A DNA stretch of 64,000 nucleotides from Bugula neritina (taxonomy: Eukaryota; Animalia; Bryozoa), in NCBI GenBank assembly GCA_964035545.1, contig OZ037765.1, positions 27,341,504 through 27,405,503 on the forward strand, read 5' to 3'. The notes beneath the pieces were generated by a model. It was not told the origin of the DNA and searched no databases. It saw only the letters and a list, made by a program, of their open reading frames with translations. Positions 47,536-60,800 of this stretch are shown piece by piece. Numbering within the stretch: the stretch's first letter is position 1; every line of letters starts with the position of its first letter. The translations under genes and the position numbers were made by a program.

Positions 47536-48439
47536 GATACCTTCTTTCAAATTCAATCTGAAAATGTTTCCAGATTCATGTAGGACAACTTGCTAAGTCA
47601 AAACATTGCAGCAATCCAACAGCAAGTTAGTAGTAGCATATGGTAGATAAACACATTTCTTAAAAAAGGGCAGTACTCAAATTATGTCAAATAACAAATA
47701 TAAAGTCAATTCTTTTTGAGGGCTAACATTGCCTGATATGAATTAATGCAGTCTATTTATAAATGTTAACAAGATACAATAACTTACTCTTTTTCAAAAC
47801 ACAAATCATACTGGAAAACTATATTATAAATGGTAAAATTTAAAGGTATCTTAATATTGTACATAATGATGTTTGATAATGAAGATAAACACTGTAAACT
47901 TGAACATGTGCATAACAGGCACGTGTTCACGGATTAGCAAAAGATTTGCTATTAAGATATGGGTACATATACTAGGTCTTTATCACAATACTTTGATTAA
48001 ACTCAAAGAATCACGATTATGTCATCATAGAAATATCTAGAGATGCCACCTACAGGCATATAGTATTCATAATAATTAGCTGTGCTAACGCATAATTCAA
48101 AACTTTATGTTAGCATTAGAAAAAAGTTGTTTGAGGAAAATTTTTTAATCAAAATGGTCACTAGAAGTAGATAGATAGACATATTGCCTGGAAGAAATTT
48201 CATGCCAAAGCAAAATTTGTGAAACATTCAAAAATCAATAAATTTGATTTAAAACCTGCCATTGGTTCAACATAAACAAAAGGGAAATTAGTAAATTTTA
48301 TTTACATCAACTCATTTAAATCACATGCAAGCTTAAACTACTTTTATATATTCGCTTCAACATAATCTTATTACTACTTCATAAAATTCTATTTTATCAA
48401 TTTCAGTTTAAATTTGTGACCTGATCAAATTAGTAAAAT

Positions 48440-49370
48440 AGTTAAAATCATGGTTAGACTTATCACTTAGACTTAGTCAGTATATTGGTGTAACACTTGA
48501 TTTAACAGAATGGTGAAAGTAACAGTAACTGGAAGAGTGTTAGTGGTTCAACAAAGACTTAGTGACAGTGACTCACAGTGTTAGTACAAGTGGTAGTCGC
48601 TTAGAGTACACTGTTAAAATTAACAAGACTACGAGTATGGGTTGGTGCAACAGTAGTGACTAGATCTAGTGCGTATCACCATCAGTATAACCATAGGCAT
48701 AAGACTAAGTATAAGTATAACTATAGATTAAACTAAAACTTGAAGTATCAGTCTATCACTATAAGTATCATAACCTTAATTATAATATCACTATGAGTAT
48801 GAGTATGACTATCAGTATCAGTATGAGAGAGAGACTATGAGTATGATTATCACTATCAGTATCCGTATGACTATGAGTATCACTATCACTATGATAAAGA
48901 TATGAGTATTGCTACTGCAAACTAATAACTACAAGACTATAACTCAGTATAAGTATAACTATAAGTTAAACTTGAAGTAAAACTAAAACTAATTAATATT
49001 ATAAAAGAAAAGTCTTAAAACTAAAATAAAAGGGTAGAATAAATATAAGAATTTGTCCCAAATTTTTCATCATCATGATGGAAAACATACTTATACAATT
49101 ACAATACTAGTATTATTAATATATTATTACTAGTACTACTACTCAGTAGTAGTACTAGTAATAATATAGTACTAGTAGTAGTAGTAGTAGTAGTAGTAGT
49201 ACTACTACTACTACTACTCTCAGTCTCTTTCAAATCATAATACTAATAGTTAACACTAATACTAATAGTACTACTAATACTAATAGTATAAGTATTACTG
49301 TAATACTAATAGTAATAGTAATACTAATACTAATAGTAATAGTAATAGTAATACTAATACTAATAGTAGG
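48440..49370. repeat. Degenerate hexamer-periodic array in the 5' region of ADIPOR
   Basis: actatg agtatg agtatg actatc agtatc agtatg... (48790-48910); (ACTAAT/AGTAAT)n at 49240-49368. Confidence 0.85.
49174..49218. repeat. (AGT)9(ACT)6 self-complementary trinucleotide repeat
   Basis: Directly visible. The last six AGT units and the six ACT units form a perfect 36-bp palindrome. Confidence 0.9.
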
Positions 49371-49379
49371 TACATCAAA

Positions 49380-50737
49380 TGATAATTTTCAAGTAACGCT
49401 TTACAGTTAAATATTAGGTTAGATCGGTAGACAAGAAAATTTGAGTGAGCTTCAATGCACTCTCAAGAGGCAAGATCAACTACCAGTGCAGATATTAACT
49501 TGTAAATTTATGACGTTCAACCAGTTACCCGGTCAGTTAACTCTTCACGCCATGAATGCTTTAGCGAACCCACTTATTTTCATGCGTTTAGCAACAATAG
49601 CGTAATGGCTATCTCAAAAATCTACAAGTCTCGAGCATAGCCTTCGACTTAAATCATTATAACTAAATAGCTAAAGCATAATATCATCATATTAATACTT
49701 CAATTGATAGAAAACCTTTAGAGATGGTATTAAAATATATTCATTTTACATATCTGTCACAAATTATAACTTAAATTATCGATTGAAAAAAATGGATTTT
49801 TACTATACTTCAACACTACTTACTACAAGGGGCAGATGATTTCAAGGGGTTCATGATCATAAAATCAGTTTAATATAAGGCTCTGCTACACAATGATATC
49901 TTCAAATTTTCTCTGCATGAACTATACTAAAAGTTATTAGCAAATCAAAAAGAGGTCTAAACAGGTTTTCTATGCTGTATGCTCCCCAGATTGGACCCGG
50001 GCTATCGATGCCACTCGATTTTGCGAAAGTAGGCGGGGCTAAAGGATACTTGATGTACCTACTAATAGTAAAACATAATCGTAATAATTATTTAATATTA
50101 ATAATATTATTATACTGTTATACATATACTCATATTTATACTTATAGTTATTAGTCACAGCTACATGCTTTACTCTCAAGACAGCAGTAGGAATTTTACT
50201 AGTTGAATCATGATAATATAATATTATAATTATTAATTAGTATTACTCGAGTCTGACTTCAAGTAAGACTAAGTACTTATTTTAAATGAGTTATTAAATC
50301 GAATGGTTCTATAAGCAGCTCCGAGTTGGTGGTGAATGCGTGCTGTAGTTTGGGATCTCGAGTTTGAAGTTGGGGACATAACTCCAAACGTCAGGCCCTT
50401 AACTGCTGCATCGAACCATTCTATTAAATCGAAAGCCACCATGATCTCTCAAGGTTTGAACACTAGGTTACAGCTCAGTGGATCGTGCCATTTTGATATT
50501 TCCAGTGGTCATACGATAACCTATAGGCTTAGGTTCACGGACTAAAATGTTTGCAGGCATTTGTTCATTTGCAGTTACTTCCGTAATAAAATAGAAAATA
50601 GCCTTCTGCAAGTGACTTGCACTTTCACTTTGACTTGAAACATTAATTTTTGATTTTAAGCATCTCAACAACTACTTGGTTTGCCAAGAGCTTTTTGCAG
50701 TTACTATAAGTGATTTTATAAAACTAGATTGAAAAGG
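49380..50737. promoter_or_regulatory. Divergent promoter region of ADIPOR and G6PD, including a probable non-coding G6PD exon 1
   Basis: CpG-richer blocks at ~49420-49650, 49975-50045 (CCAAT gattgg, GC box aggcgggg) and 50300-50600. Strong plus-strand donor AAG/GTGAGT at ~50736. Confidence 0.55.
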
Positions 50738-50744
50738 TGAGTAG

Positions 50745-51440
50745 CTCCTAACTATAATAATTATATTTATAATAATAAGTATAACTATTAGTATTATCAT
50801 AATCATAAATAAAATAAAATAATCATAATGCAACTAATTTACTAACAGCAACAGTAACACTTACAGTAAGAGTAAGAGTAAAACTAACTCTAACTGTCTA
50901 ACTGTGACAGTTACACTGAGAGAGAGTGTGACAGTAAAACTAGAAGTCTTGAGCTAAAAGTAAATCTACCAGTAACATTCACACTGTAATACTAACACTA
51001 ACAACAGCTGCATTTTAAAGTAATACTAATACTAATATTATTTGAGTAATATTTGTAGTTGTACTAATAGTAATGCTGATGCTTCTAGTTCTTACTAATA
51101 GTAATAGTAACACTCTAATAGTGATAACTATAATTAATAATAAAAGTAAATATAATAAATTGTCATTATGATTATTATTATAGAACATCTTGACTCCACC
51201 TTGAATTTAATCTTACAGTTACATATTTATAGTCATGCTGAGACTGACATAATGTTCATAGTCATACTCATACTATTATTATTATTTTTACTATTAGTAT
51301 TAATCAAATAAGACACAGTGATAGAGTGATAGTCATAATATTACTATTAGTATTAATATTACTATCAGTATCACCATTAGTATTAGTACTACTTGTATGT
51401 CGTAGTACAAAGTAAATGTCGTATTAATACCATTAACTTT
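50745..51440. repeat. Degenerate hexamer-periodic array at the start of G6PD intron 1
   Basis: Begins right after the GTGAGT donor; e.g. acagtaacacttacagtaagagtaagagtaaaacta, agtaatactaatactaatatt. Confidence 0.75.
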
Positions 51441-53922
51441 AAGCCTTGCTCATACAAGTAGGTGCAGTTATAGAGATTTTTGAAAAGACACTTTGTTGAA
51501 AGCTGTTTGATGAGCCATACCAGCATTGGCTGTTGTGTAGAAAGTTTTGTGTACAACTGTTAGACAATGGATGGAAGTGGTAGAATATGATCTATTGCCC
51601 CTCAAATAATATGATGAACTGTTAAACAGAGCCTACTAAATATTTTTTGAACTGCTGGATTGTTAGATTTTAGTGGTTGATTAACACTTTTGAGATTTGT
51701 TGAATGTGTTAAATAATGGCTGCATTTATCAGTATAAATATGGCTGAATGTATGGTTTAATTTGAGTTTGAAGTTGTAATATTCTTAAGTATCAATATGT
51801 TTTGTACTAGAAAAAGTATTCTACATAATATTCATCAGTTATAATTTGATTTTGTTTGCTGTTAGTTAAAATGCATACAACTGCAATAAATAATTAGAAA
51901 TAAATAAAAGGAGAAAAATTCTTATTACTACTTTTTTTATTTAGTTTACTTTGCTTATAAAGTTGCCATAAAAATGCTTCTTGTTTTTTTAATGAAACTA
52001 CAATCTGTAAAGATATATTCAAAGAAATAATTAGTAATTCATTAGTATAATGATATTTATTATTATAAGTATAGTGTATAGTATAACATGTATAGTATAG
52101 CACTAGTATATTACATACATATTTAAGCACAACGGAGTAAAAAAGTTCAGTATAAAAGCTAAAGTCAAACTGTTTGCAGTAAATTCTATATCTTAGAAAC
52201 TAATTTTGCTCAACTGTATAGTTTTTACTAAGTACACTATGAATAATAATGCTAGCAGCGATTTGTTTCAAAATTTTCTTTTTATTTTTTTTCTCAGTAG
52301 ATTTTTAATATTTTGCCTTTGTTGCTTTTTGCATCTTGTCTCTGATAAAGATTAACTCCCAGTAATCGTTGACTAATAAAGTTTCACCCTAAGTAATATT
52401 CACTAAAATGCCTTATGAGTACTTGAGCTTTAACAAATTTAACATAGTACCTACTTTCTAAAAAGCTAAGAGTTGCATGTTTGTTTGTCTGAATTTCAAA
52501 GACTTGCAGCAAGTCAAGCAAAATCTCCTACTTGTATTATGGTCAAATCAAGTCGATGTTTAGAGCATGCCTACAAGGCTGGAATGTGCTAGCTCTGGTG
52601 GCAACTTACTACAATCTTTAGCTAGAAAGTTATGTGCAGTGTATTGTTGACTGTAAAGTCTTTTATACATTTGATAATATTTTTCTAACATAAATTGCAA
52701 CACTAGGCTAGTTATTTCAAAGTTAACATTGATCTTTGACTAAATAGCCTATAAATTTCTAACAAAATAAATTCCATAACTCCCCAAGTGGATTTTCACT
52801 CATTTGGAAATCTTTCCAGTTAATGTGGCCTTAGGCTTCGTGAACTGTTAATACTTATATTATTAGGATACAAGCTGATACTTGCTTTAACAAAACTGAC
52901 GAAGCCTTTTGTTACTGTTTTCTCTCATATTCAACTATAAAACTATGTTAATTCTATATTATTTAAGAATACTATTAGAAAGAAATTATACAGTTGAATT
53001 TACAAGTCAGTCACTGTAAGGCTATAGTCACATCGCCTTTGTACTTGAAACTAATACAATGTAGACACTTGTATAAATAGGATATATATGTTTAGGCCAG
53101 GCTAAAGGCAGCTGTTACATTTATCAAACATATCTGTTTATGTTGTTACCTGGAATGCCAGTTAATAAATAAATTTATTTCTGTTTCTGTTTGAATCTTG
53201 TTGCTCACTTGTTTGGTCTTAGTTTTGTACCATAATAATACAGCCAGTGCAGGTGCCTTGTGTTGCATACAATTTGTAGGTGTAGCCTATGTCTTTGTGT
53301 CCACAAATGTCAATGTCAATCCAGGCGTACAGATAAAATGAAAGAAGAGTAGGCTATTTTTTTAATAATATATTGACTGTATCAGAGCCTTATTCACTAG
53401 TTATTAGCATCTATAGTAGTCCTTATCTAGTCTATATACTTAAATCACTTCGATAGAAAGATTACAAAACTTCTTTGTAGTTGTTCAAACAATCTTTTCC
53501 GCTTGCTTTACTTGGGTTTGGTATATCAGTAATTCAACAACGCAGCATTTCAGTGTTGGTTGACTAGCGGTGTACAAGTAGCCTGCTAAATCCATGAAAA
53601 AGTCTGTACATTGTAGAACTAATTGATATCATGGGGTAAGTTATCATCATAACTTGACATTGCCTGTACTGGTAGATGCATGCTGTAGTCTGCGCATGGC
53701 ATCAATCAGCAAACAGTGTCAACATTGGAAGCTCAAACCCATATCCCATATCTTGGTAGTACTAACCATAGTTTAGCGCTGCATTATGATTGTGTAATTG
53801 TGTTACTAGGTTTTTCATTTTAGTCTTATTTCTCTAAATTAAATTAGGGCAGGTGTTGGGTACTTACCCTGTGGTCCCCCATCTTCTTATACCTTAACCT
53901 CAAAACTTAGTTAGCTAGCTTA

Positions 53923-54266
53923 GCCTAGGGCCACACTGTGCGTATTTTCGCATGCGAAAATTGAAATCACAAGTAGCAAAGGTGTCCACTGTGCGCGTTG
54001 AGAAAACGTTCGCACTTGTCGCTCTGCATTTTCAACGCAAGTGCGAATCGTCTCTGTCGTCGTCACTTAATTGGCTGGTAGTTATTAAGCGAGCCCAATT
54101 TCTTTATTTTAGTGCTAAATTCCAGTAAATTGCGTTTTATTGAAAGCGAGTGCGATTTAAAAATGAAAGCTTTATTTATCACGCATCACTGACGCTACAG
54201 TGGACACCTTTGCTACTTGTGATTTCAATTTTCGCATGCGAAAATACGCGCCGTGTGGCCCTAGGC
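53923..54266. mobile_element. PIF/Harbinger-type MITE, 344 bp, with ~70-bp TIRs and a TTA target-site duplication
   Basis: The left TIR gcctagggccacactgtgcgtattttcgcatgcgaaaattgaaatcacaagtagcaaaggtgtccactgt (53923-53992) matches the reverse complement of the right end with 2 mismatches. TTA lies at 53920-53922 and 54267-54269. No coding capacity. Confidence 0.92.
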
Positions 54267-54806
54267 TTACTCTTTCAGTGCTATATCTTTATTTAGTCTA
54301 CAACTGTCATTTCAGGTTTTTAGTTTGGTGGGATTTTCTTTAATTGGCTGAAAACGTTTTGACTTGGCATTTAGACATTATTTCAAATTGACTAGTAGCT
54401 GATACAGTTACACATATTATGTTAAGCTGCACATTCCAACTACTAGTATACTTAATAAAATCTCTTTAAAATGTTTTTGCTTGAAATTGTGCTGGTAATG
54501 TTATTTCTATTATCCTATTCCTTTCATCAGTAGCTTATGATTTTGGTTTTTCATTTTTGTCTAGTATATTTCCCATTAACTGTTCATTCACACAGCTTGA
54601 CTGTCACATCTAACATTTATAATTATTATAATTTAGCATTTTCCTGCAGTTTATCATTGATTTTTGATATCTTGATTAAACACCTTCATTCATATTAAAA
54701 CTTGTGCTGTTACATACTTCATAGCATAGAATTTATTACTTCTTTCAGCATTTATATTCAAGACCTCGTACTGCTCATAATCATTCAGAATATTTTGGTT
54801 TCACAG

Positions 54807-57800
54807 TGATTCCAATCCATCAGCTGCTGACACAATATTGGCATTTGAACAGATTGCTGCCATGCAAAAAGGAGTGGATATTCTTAAGGCTGGTTTGAAG
54901 GATGAGCCTGAAGAGCAGAAGCCTCATGTATTCGTAGTGCTAGGAGCCTCGGTAAGCTCTGTCTCCTGATTTTAATAGCTGCTTTTTAGCAGTTTTTACA
55001 AATATCTGTTAAAATTATATGCTGTATACACGCTTTACTTGTTACTAGTTGTTGTGGTTTGTAAAAGATTTCAGTAGATTGTTATTCTGCTGTACTACCA
55101 AACAACATATCAATATTGGCTTTTTTCACAGGGAGACCTCGCAAAGAAGAAGATATACCCAACTCTATGGTAAAGTGTTGCTTAATCAATTGCAACCGCG
55201 GCTTTTCGATTTATTTCATTGCACAACTGGATGCAAGTCAAGCGTGACTTTAAAGCCTAATTTCTCAAACCTGAAACAAATGTGATTCACTCACTACCCG
55301 CTGTGCATTTGACACTCTCCAGTTTCTCGTGTTACATGGGCTATGCAATGAGTAACCTTCAATACTAATGAGGCACCCATTTCATCACAATATTCAATAT
55401 TGCTACAGCTTGTAAAGCCAGTTTGACACAAAGTCAAAAGTTAACTGCTGTCCAAAATATGGAAAAAACGAGTTACTATTACCACTGATTATGATTAAAT
55501 TAGAAGTTAAAACATTATTTGTTCGCCCATAATGTTGACAGCATGTACAGCATGTAGTGTTGACTCTAGCTATACTGTAAACTATAGGTGCTATCTTCTC
55601 TCCCTATATAATGTGTGTGTTAGTTAACTAGTTGACTAGCCAGTAGACTGTTTCATTCTATCAACGAGGAAGTGGGCCAATGACTTTTACACATGAATGC
55701 TTAACATAATAATATTTTAAACTGTTTTATTGTACACATTGCAGGAGGCTATACATTGATGGTTTGTTACCTGAAAATACTAAATTTATTGGCTATGCTC
55801 GATCAAAGCTTACAGTAGACGATATTAGAGAAAAGTGTTCACCTTTTCTCAAGGTATACTAAAGTTGACTATTACTTGTATATACTCTGGGCGTGTATTA
55901 TATATGTATTATATGTTCCCATATTACACTATTGAGATACTCAGAGTGAATAACTATCAGTAGTGCGGTTGTTGTATGACAGTGCGGGAATGAAACCCAC
56001 TTTCTCCTATCAATTATACATGTAAATGTATGTGAGTTTCCTCAACAGTTAAATTTTTCCCCTTTATGTTTAATTTATTCATGTTTTTCCTTCCAGGTGT
56101 TATTTTATTTCACATATATATCCTTATTCGCCTACATTTTTTCCTGGTTCCTGTTGAAGAACTTTATGATTAGCTTCCTTGTATGAATTTTTATACACAC
56201 TTGATAAGGATAAACTGTCTGCTGTGTAAATAGTAGCAGTTTGTTGAGTTGTGTTATCCTGACCAAAGCAAAGTTGTAATCTCTACTCCAGTTACTCCTG
56301 GTAACTAATAACTCAATAGGGAAGTTTGCTCAAGGACTACTGGCTGGGTGTATGTATACAGAGATGTTGGCAGTTTTTAGATCCAATCTATAATTAGAAT
56401 ATATTTGACTGTGTTAGAAATATCCTGGCTAGGAATCTGATGATGGAAAAGATAAACCTGACTGGGGTATTCTGGGATACCAATTATTTTTAGTTGAATA
56501 TACTTCATGTTGATGATATTAGTTACTAATACTCCTGCAGGTTACTGCTACTTCAATTTAGGGCAAACAGTTTACTAAAAACTTTTATTTCCCTATCAAA
56601 ATCAATGGGGTTGGTAATGCTATACTGAAGTTTCAGCATACTTATTAATAGTATGTTGTATTTGGTATCCATGTGAAGATCAATCAGATTTCATCTATAA
56701 ATAAGTTATAGTTGGCCCCTTCTTTGATGTACTTGGCAAGTTTAGACAGAGCCTAGCCAAGTTTATAAATAACAACTTTACGTGACAACCTTGTTTTAAA
56801 GCATTTTCATTCTATAAATATTGTAAATTCGTAATGAAATTAGAAGAATAAAAACTTAACTAGCAGTTTTGTATACCCTGTTTTTCAACAAGTGCTGGCC
56901 AAAGTTAGCCATTTCAATTTTGTTGGCAAAAAGTCAGGAGGGGACAATTTTCAATATTATATATTCCATATTATTTGTCAAATGTGTAAAATCGATAATT
57001 TTTACTGACAAATTGATTTTTTTTAATTCAAGTTGTTTTTAATTTCTAAATTTGTATATATATACTATAGGAGTTGCATTTTCTCTCTGTGTATCTTATT
57101 AGGTGCAAGATTCTGAGAAGGACAAAGTTGAAAAATTTTGGAAGGTGAACTCCTATGTTGCTGGACTGTATGACAAACAAGCCGACTTCAAGAATCTTGA
57201 TGCCCATCTGACTACTTTGTCTGCCAATGCCAGCCGACTGTTCTACCTTGCTCTGCCTCCTTCCGTTTACGACACAGTTACATCTAACATCAAATCTTCT
57301 TGCATGACTAAAGTGTAAGCAGATATGGTGAATACTTATTACAAACTCCCATGTCATACTGGCTGTTTATGAATATTTAAACTTCTGCAGCTCAAAATTA
57401 GCTGACAAGGAAACTTATGTGGCTCTCAGCTTAGCTATCTGTGACAGAGTGAACATCTCTTTGAAAATCTTAAAATGTCTACAAAATCATATATACATAA
57501 TAAAATCTTTGTGGCTCAACTACTCATTGTTTTGCTAGTAATTGTGTCAGTTTATATTAAACAAATTCATCTTTTGCAGTTTATCTTGTAGCATTTTAAG
57601 TATTTTTATGCTATTTATTTAACATGGGCAAAGCATAAAAAACTTGTTTTGTGGTTTTTATAATGACTTTCAGCAAAAACTATCCTCAAGCTACAAGCAT
57701 GTATAACTCTAACATTGGTGTAACTTTAACTTTGGTTTCTTGTTTAGAGCTGGTTGCTGGACTCGTGTGATTATTGAAAAACCATTTGGAAAGGACTTGG

Positions 57801-60800
57801 ATTCTTCAGAAAAACTCTCCAAGCACTTAGCCAAGTTGTTCACGGAAGACCAGTTGTATAGGATAGATCATTACTTGGGCAAAGAGATGGTGCAAAACTT
57901 GCTCTGCATGAGATTTGGTATGTATGGCCTAGCATTAGGTGCAGCAGGTAAACTTTTGCTTAGCTTAAGTTTAAGTGATTTTGATTTGAGGTTTGAAATG
58001 CGATTACTTTATTTCATAATCAGACAACTCCTTATGTTACAGTATTTCTTAGAACTACTTCTATTTGAAGAAAACTACAAATTAATACTTGACTTCTATT
58101 GCAAGTATCTGCAAGTGGAATAGATAATGTGCCAGCTCTTCATTATCAACAGCTCTTACAACAATGTGCTCTGGTTTATGTAATCTATTCAGGTGGTGGC
58201 TCAAGTCTTTCATGCGACTATTTCAATAGCTGTCAATAATAGCATTTTTGCTCTAGAAATTGCATTATTCATTGTCACCAACTATTGGCACTAATAGACA
58301 GATTGGCAAGCTGTGAGCATGATCACACGAACAACATTGAACTACATTCAATTCAATCTCCTCAATTATAAAAAAGGAAACAGTATGAGCACTTTCTCAA
58401 TAACTTGAAATAGATATACCAGTCTGCATAATATATGGAGTCATTTACATAGAAGACGGATTAACTGACAGATTTCGGTCAATGACATAAGAGCTTTGGC
58501 TGGAAATCTATTTTAACCCATGAAATGTGTCATTTAATCGGGAGACTTGGCATTCTTGCTATTGGTAATAGTATTACCCATTGCTGTAAATAGGAAAACA
58601 TAAGCCAATATATAAGTGGAAATTATGGTTTACAATAACAGGTACAAAGTGTTTGCTTACTAAACTAAATGTGAAAAATATTGCCCCAAGTAGATTGAAA
58701 GCTGAAACGTTTATAAGTGTAGACATGTAGGTTATATAAAAACCTTATGTCTATATATGCTGTAAAATGTCAAAACTCTTAAACTACATTGCTATAATGA
58801 TGATGATAGTATTTTAATTCAAAGGTAACAGAATATTTGGTCCAGTATGGAATAGAGATAATATTGCTGCTGTTGTGATAACCTTCAAGGAGCCATTTGG
58901 TACTCAAGGTAGAGGCGGTTACTTTGACGAGTTTGGTATCATCAGGTAGTTATTTTGCTTTACTCATATTGATAGAGAACAAATTCAAAACACATCTTCT
59001 GAGCATAAATAGTTGGTGTCATTTTATATTTCATCTTTTTACCATCTAATTGCGAAGTCTTGCATTTTTATTTTTTCTTTTGTATGTACTTTTTAGTAGT
59101 TTTCATAAGAACCTATATCTTAATATTGGAGAACTTACCATTTCTAAACTTATAGCGGCCAAGACTGAAAGGCTTGTGGAAATGCAAGTGTATTTCTATG
59201 TTGTCTGCATAAGTTGCATCATTCTGCACTCACCTGTGTGTTTACTGTTTATCTCTTGTAGAGATGTTATGCAGAACCACTTACTGCAGATTATGTGCCT
59301 CACTGCTATGGAGAAGCCTGTTTCCATGGCTGCGGAGGATATCCGTGATGAAAAGGTAAGACTGTTTCTTTGTTTTTTAGTTCATATAAAATGGCAGCTA
59401 CATATTACGTGGCAGTAGTTTATTTGGAAGCTAACCAAACTCTACTTGATATTGATCCTAAGGTTGAATGTAAGGCCAAGTAATTTCTTAATATACTCGG
59501 TGCTTAAACTTCTTAGCTATTGGTTAATTGAGTCTGGAAGTTAAACAGCTCTTGTCTACTATTGTCTACTAGGTTTACTAAGGGCTCAACCCATAATGTA
59601 GGTAAATTTGTTTCATTGTGCAACTTAGTATTAATATTTTTTATTGGATGAAGAGTTAAATATTTATTTATTTTCTATTCAGGTTAAAGTACTAAAAGCA
59701 GTTACAGCTTTAACACTTGATGACGTTGTGCTGGGACAGTATCAAGGAGACCCTGATGGCAAAACCGAAGACTCCAAGAAAGGCTATCGTGATGATCCAA
59801 CAGTACCAAAAGGTTTGCTGATTATTTAAACCTATGCTCATTGTAATATAATATATGACTAAAGAATAAATGTTGGCTCTGGTGCACATCTACCCAGGTG
59901 TTGGTGTTAGAATAATAGTGTCTAAAGCTTCATACAAGAAAAATTTTAATTTTTCATGCGGACCCACTGAATGACAATTTTTATGAAATACCAGAAAATA
60001 TAGACTGTTGAATTGCTAAAACACTGCAAGTTGATAAATATAAATATAGAAAGTAAATACTTTTACTAAATGCCAACTATTAATTGCTCAACACTCTTGA
60101 CTAGCTGCAATGCTGTTGTGTTATGTACTTTTTTAAGAATGTTGTTTTTTCAAATGTATAATATGCCTTTCTTCACTTCAAACTAAAAATAGGCAACAAA
60201 TGAAATGAACAGGTGGCAAGAGCAAAATACTTTGTATTACATTATTAATTTTGATATTCTGTTTCACGGTGACCTGTAGATTTAGCATTAGCTAGAATGA
60301 ATAAATAATGTAGGTATATACGTTGATGTTCTTGGTTGTAACTTTGTTTGCTTTTAGGTTCGAAAACTGCTACTTATGCACTGGCTTGCCTCAATGTTGC
60401 CAATGAAAGGTGGGATGGGGTTCCATTTATTCTCAAGTGTGGAAAAGGTAGGCTTCAATTGCTGTATCTTTAGACAAAAGCTTCCTCATTCATTGTTTAG
60501 TGTCACAAAATGTGAATAGTATCTTACATTTAAGCAAAAGAATTGGCAGATGTATAGTAACCAATACCGCGCCCAGTCAAACAAGAGTTCTAAAGTGAAG
60601 CCAGTTGTTGAGAGAATTTTTTATTTTCAAGAAACTTGTAATCAAAACCGTATAACAGTATCATGTTTACAATATCTATTTGCTTTCAATTTTTTGCAGC
60701 TACAAATGAGAGAAAAGCAGAAGTTCGAATACAGTTCAAAGATGTCCCTGGAAATATCTTTCCGGATGGCCAGTTGAAACGAAATGAGTTGGTGATGAGA

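Noticed and set aside
48440-49370. CRISPR-like or telomeric repeat interpretation of the arrays
   Set aside because: No constant repeat with unique spacers and no TTAGGG/TTAGG runs; the context is eukaryotic introns.
53631-53635. N-myristoylation of a putative MG- G6PD isoform
   Set aside because: MGDSNP has an acidic residue at position 3 and no Ser/Thr at position 6; poor consensus.
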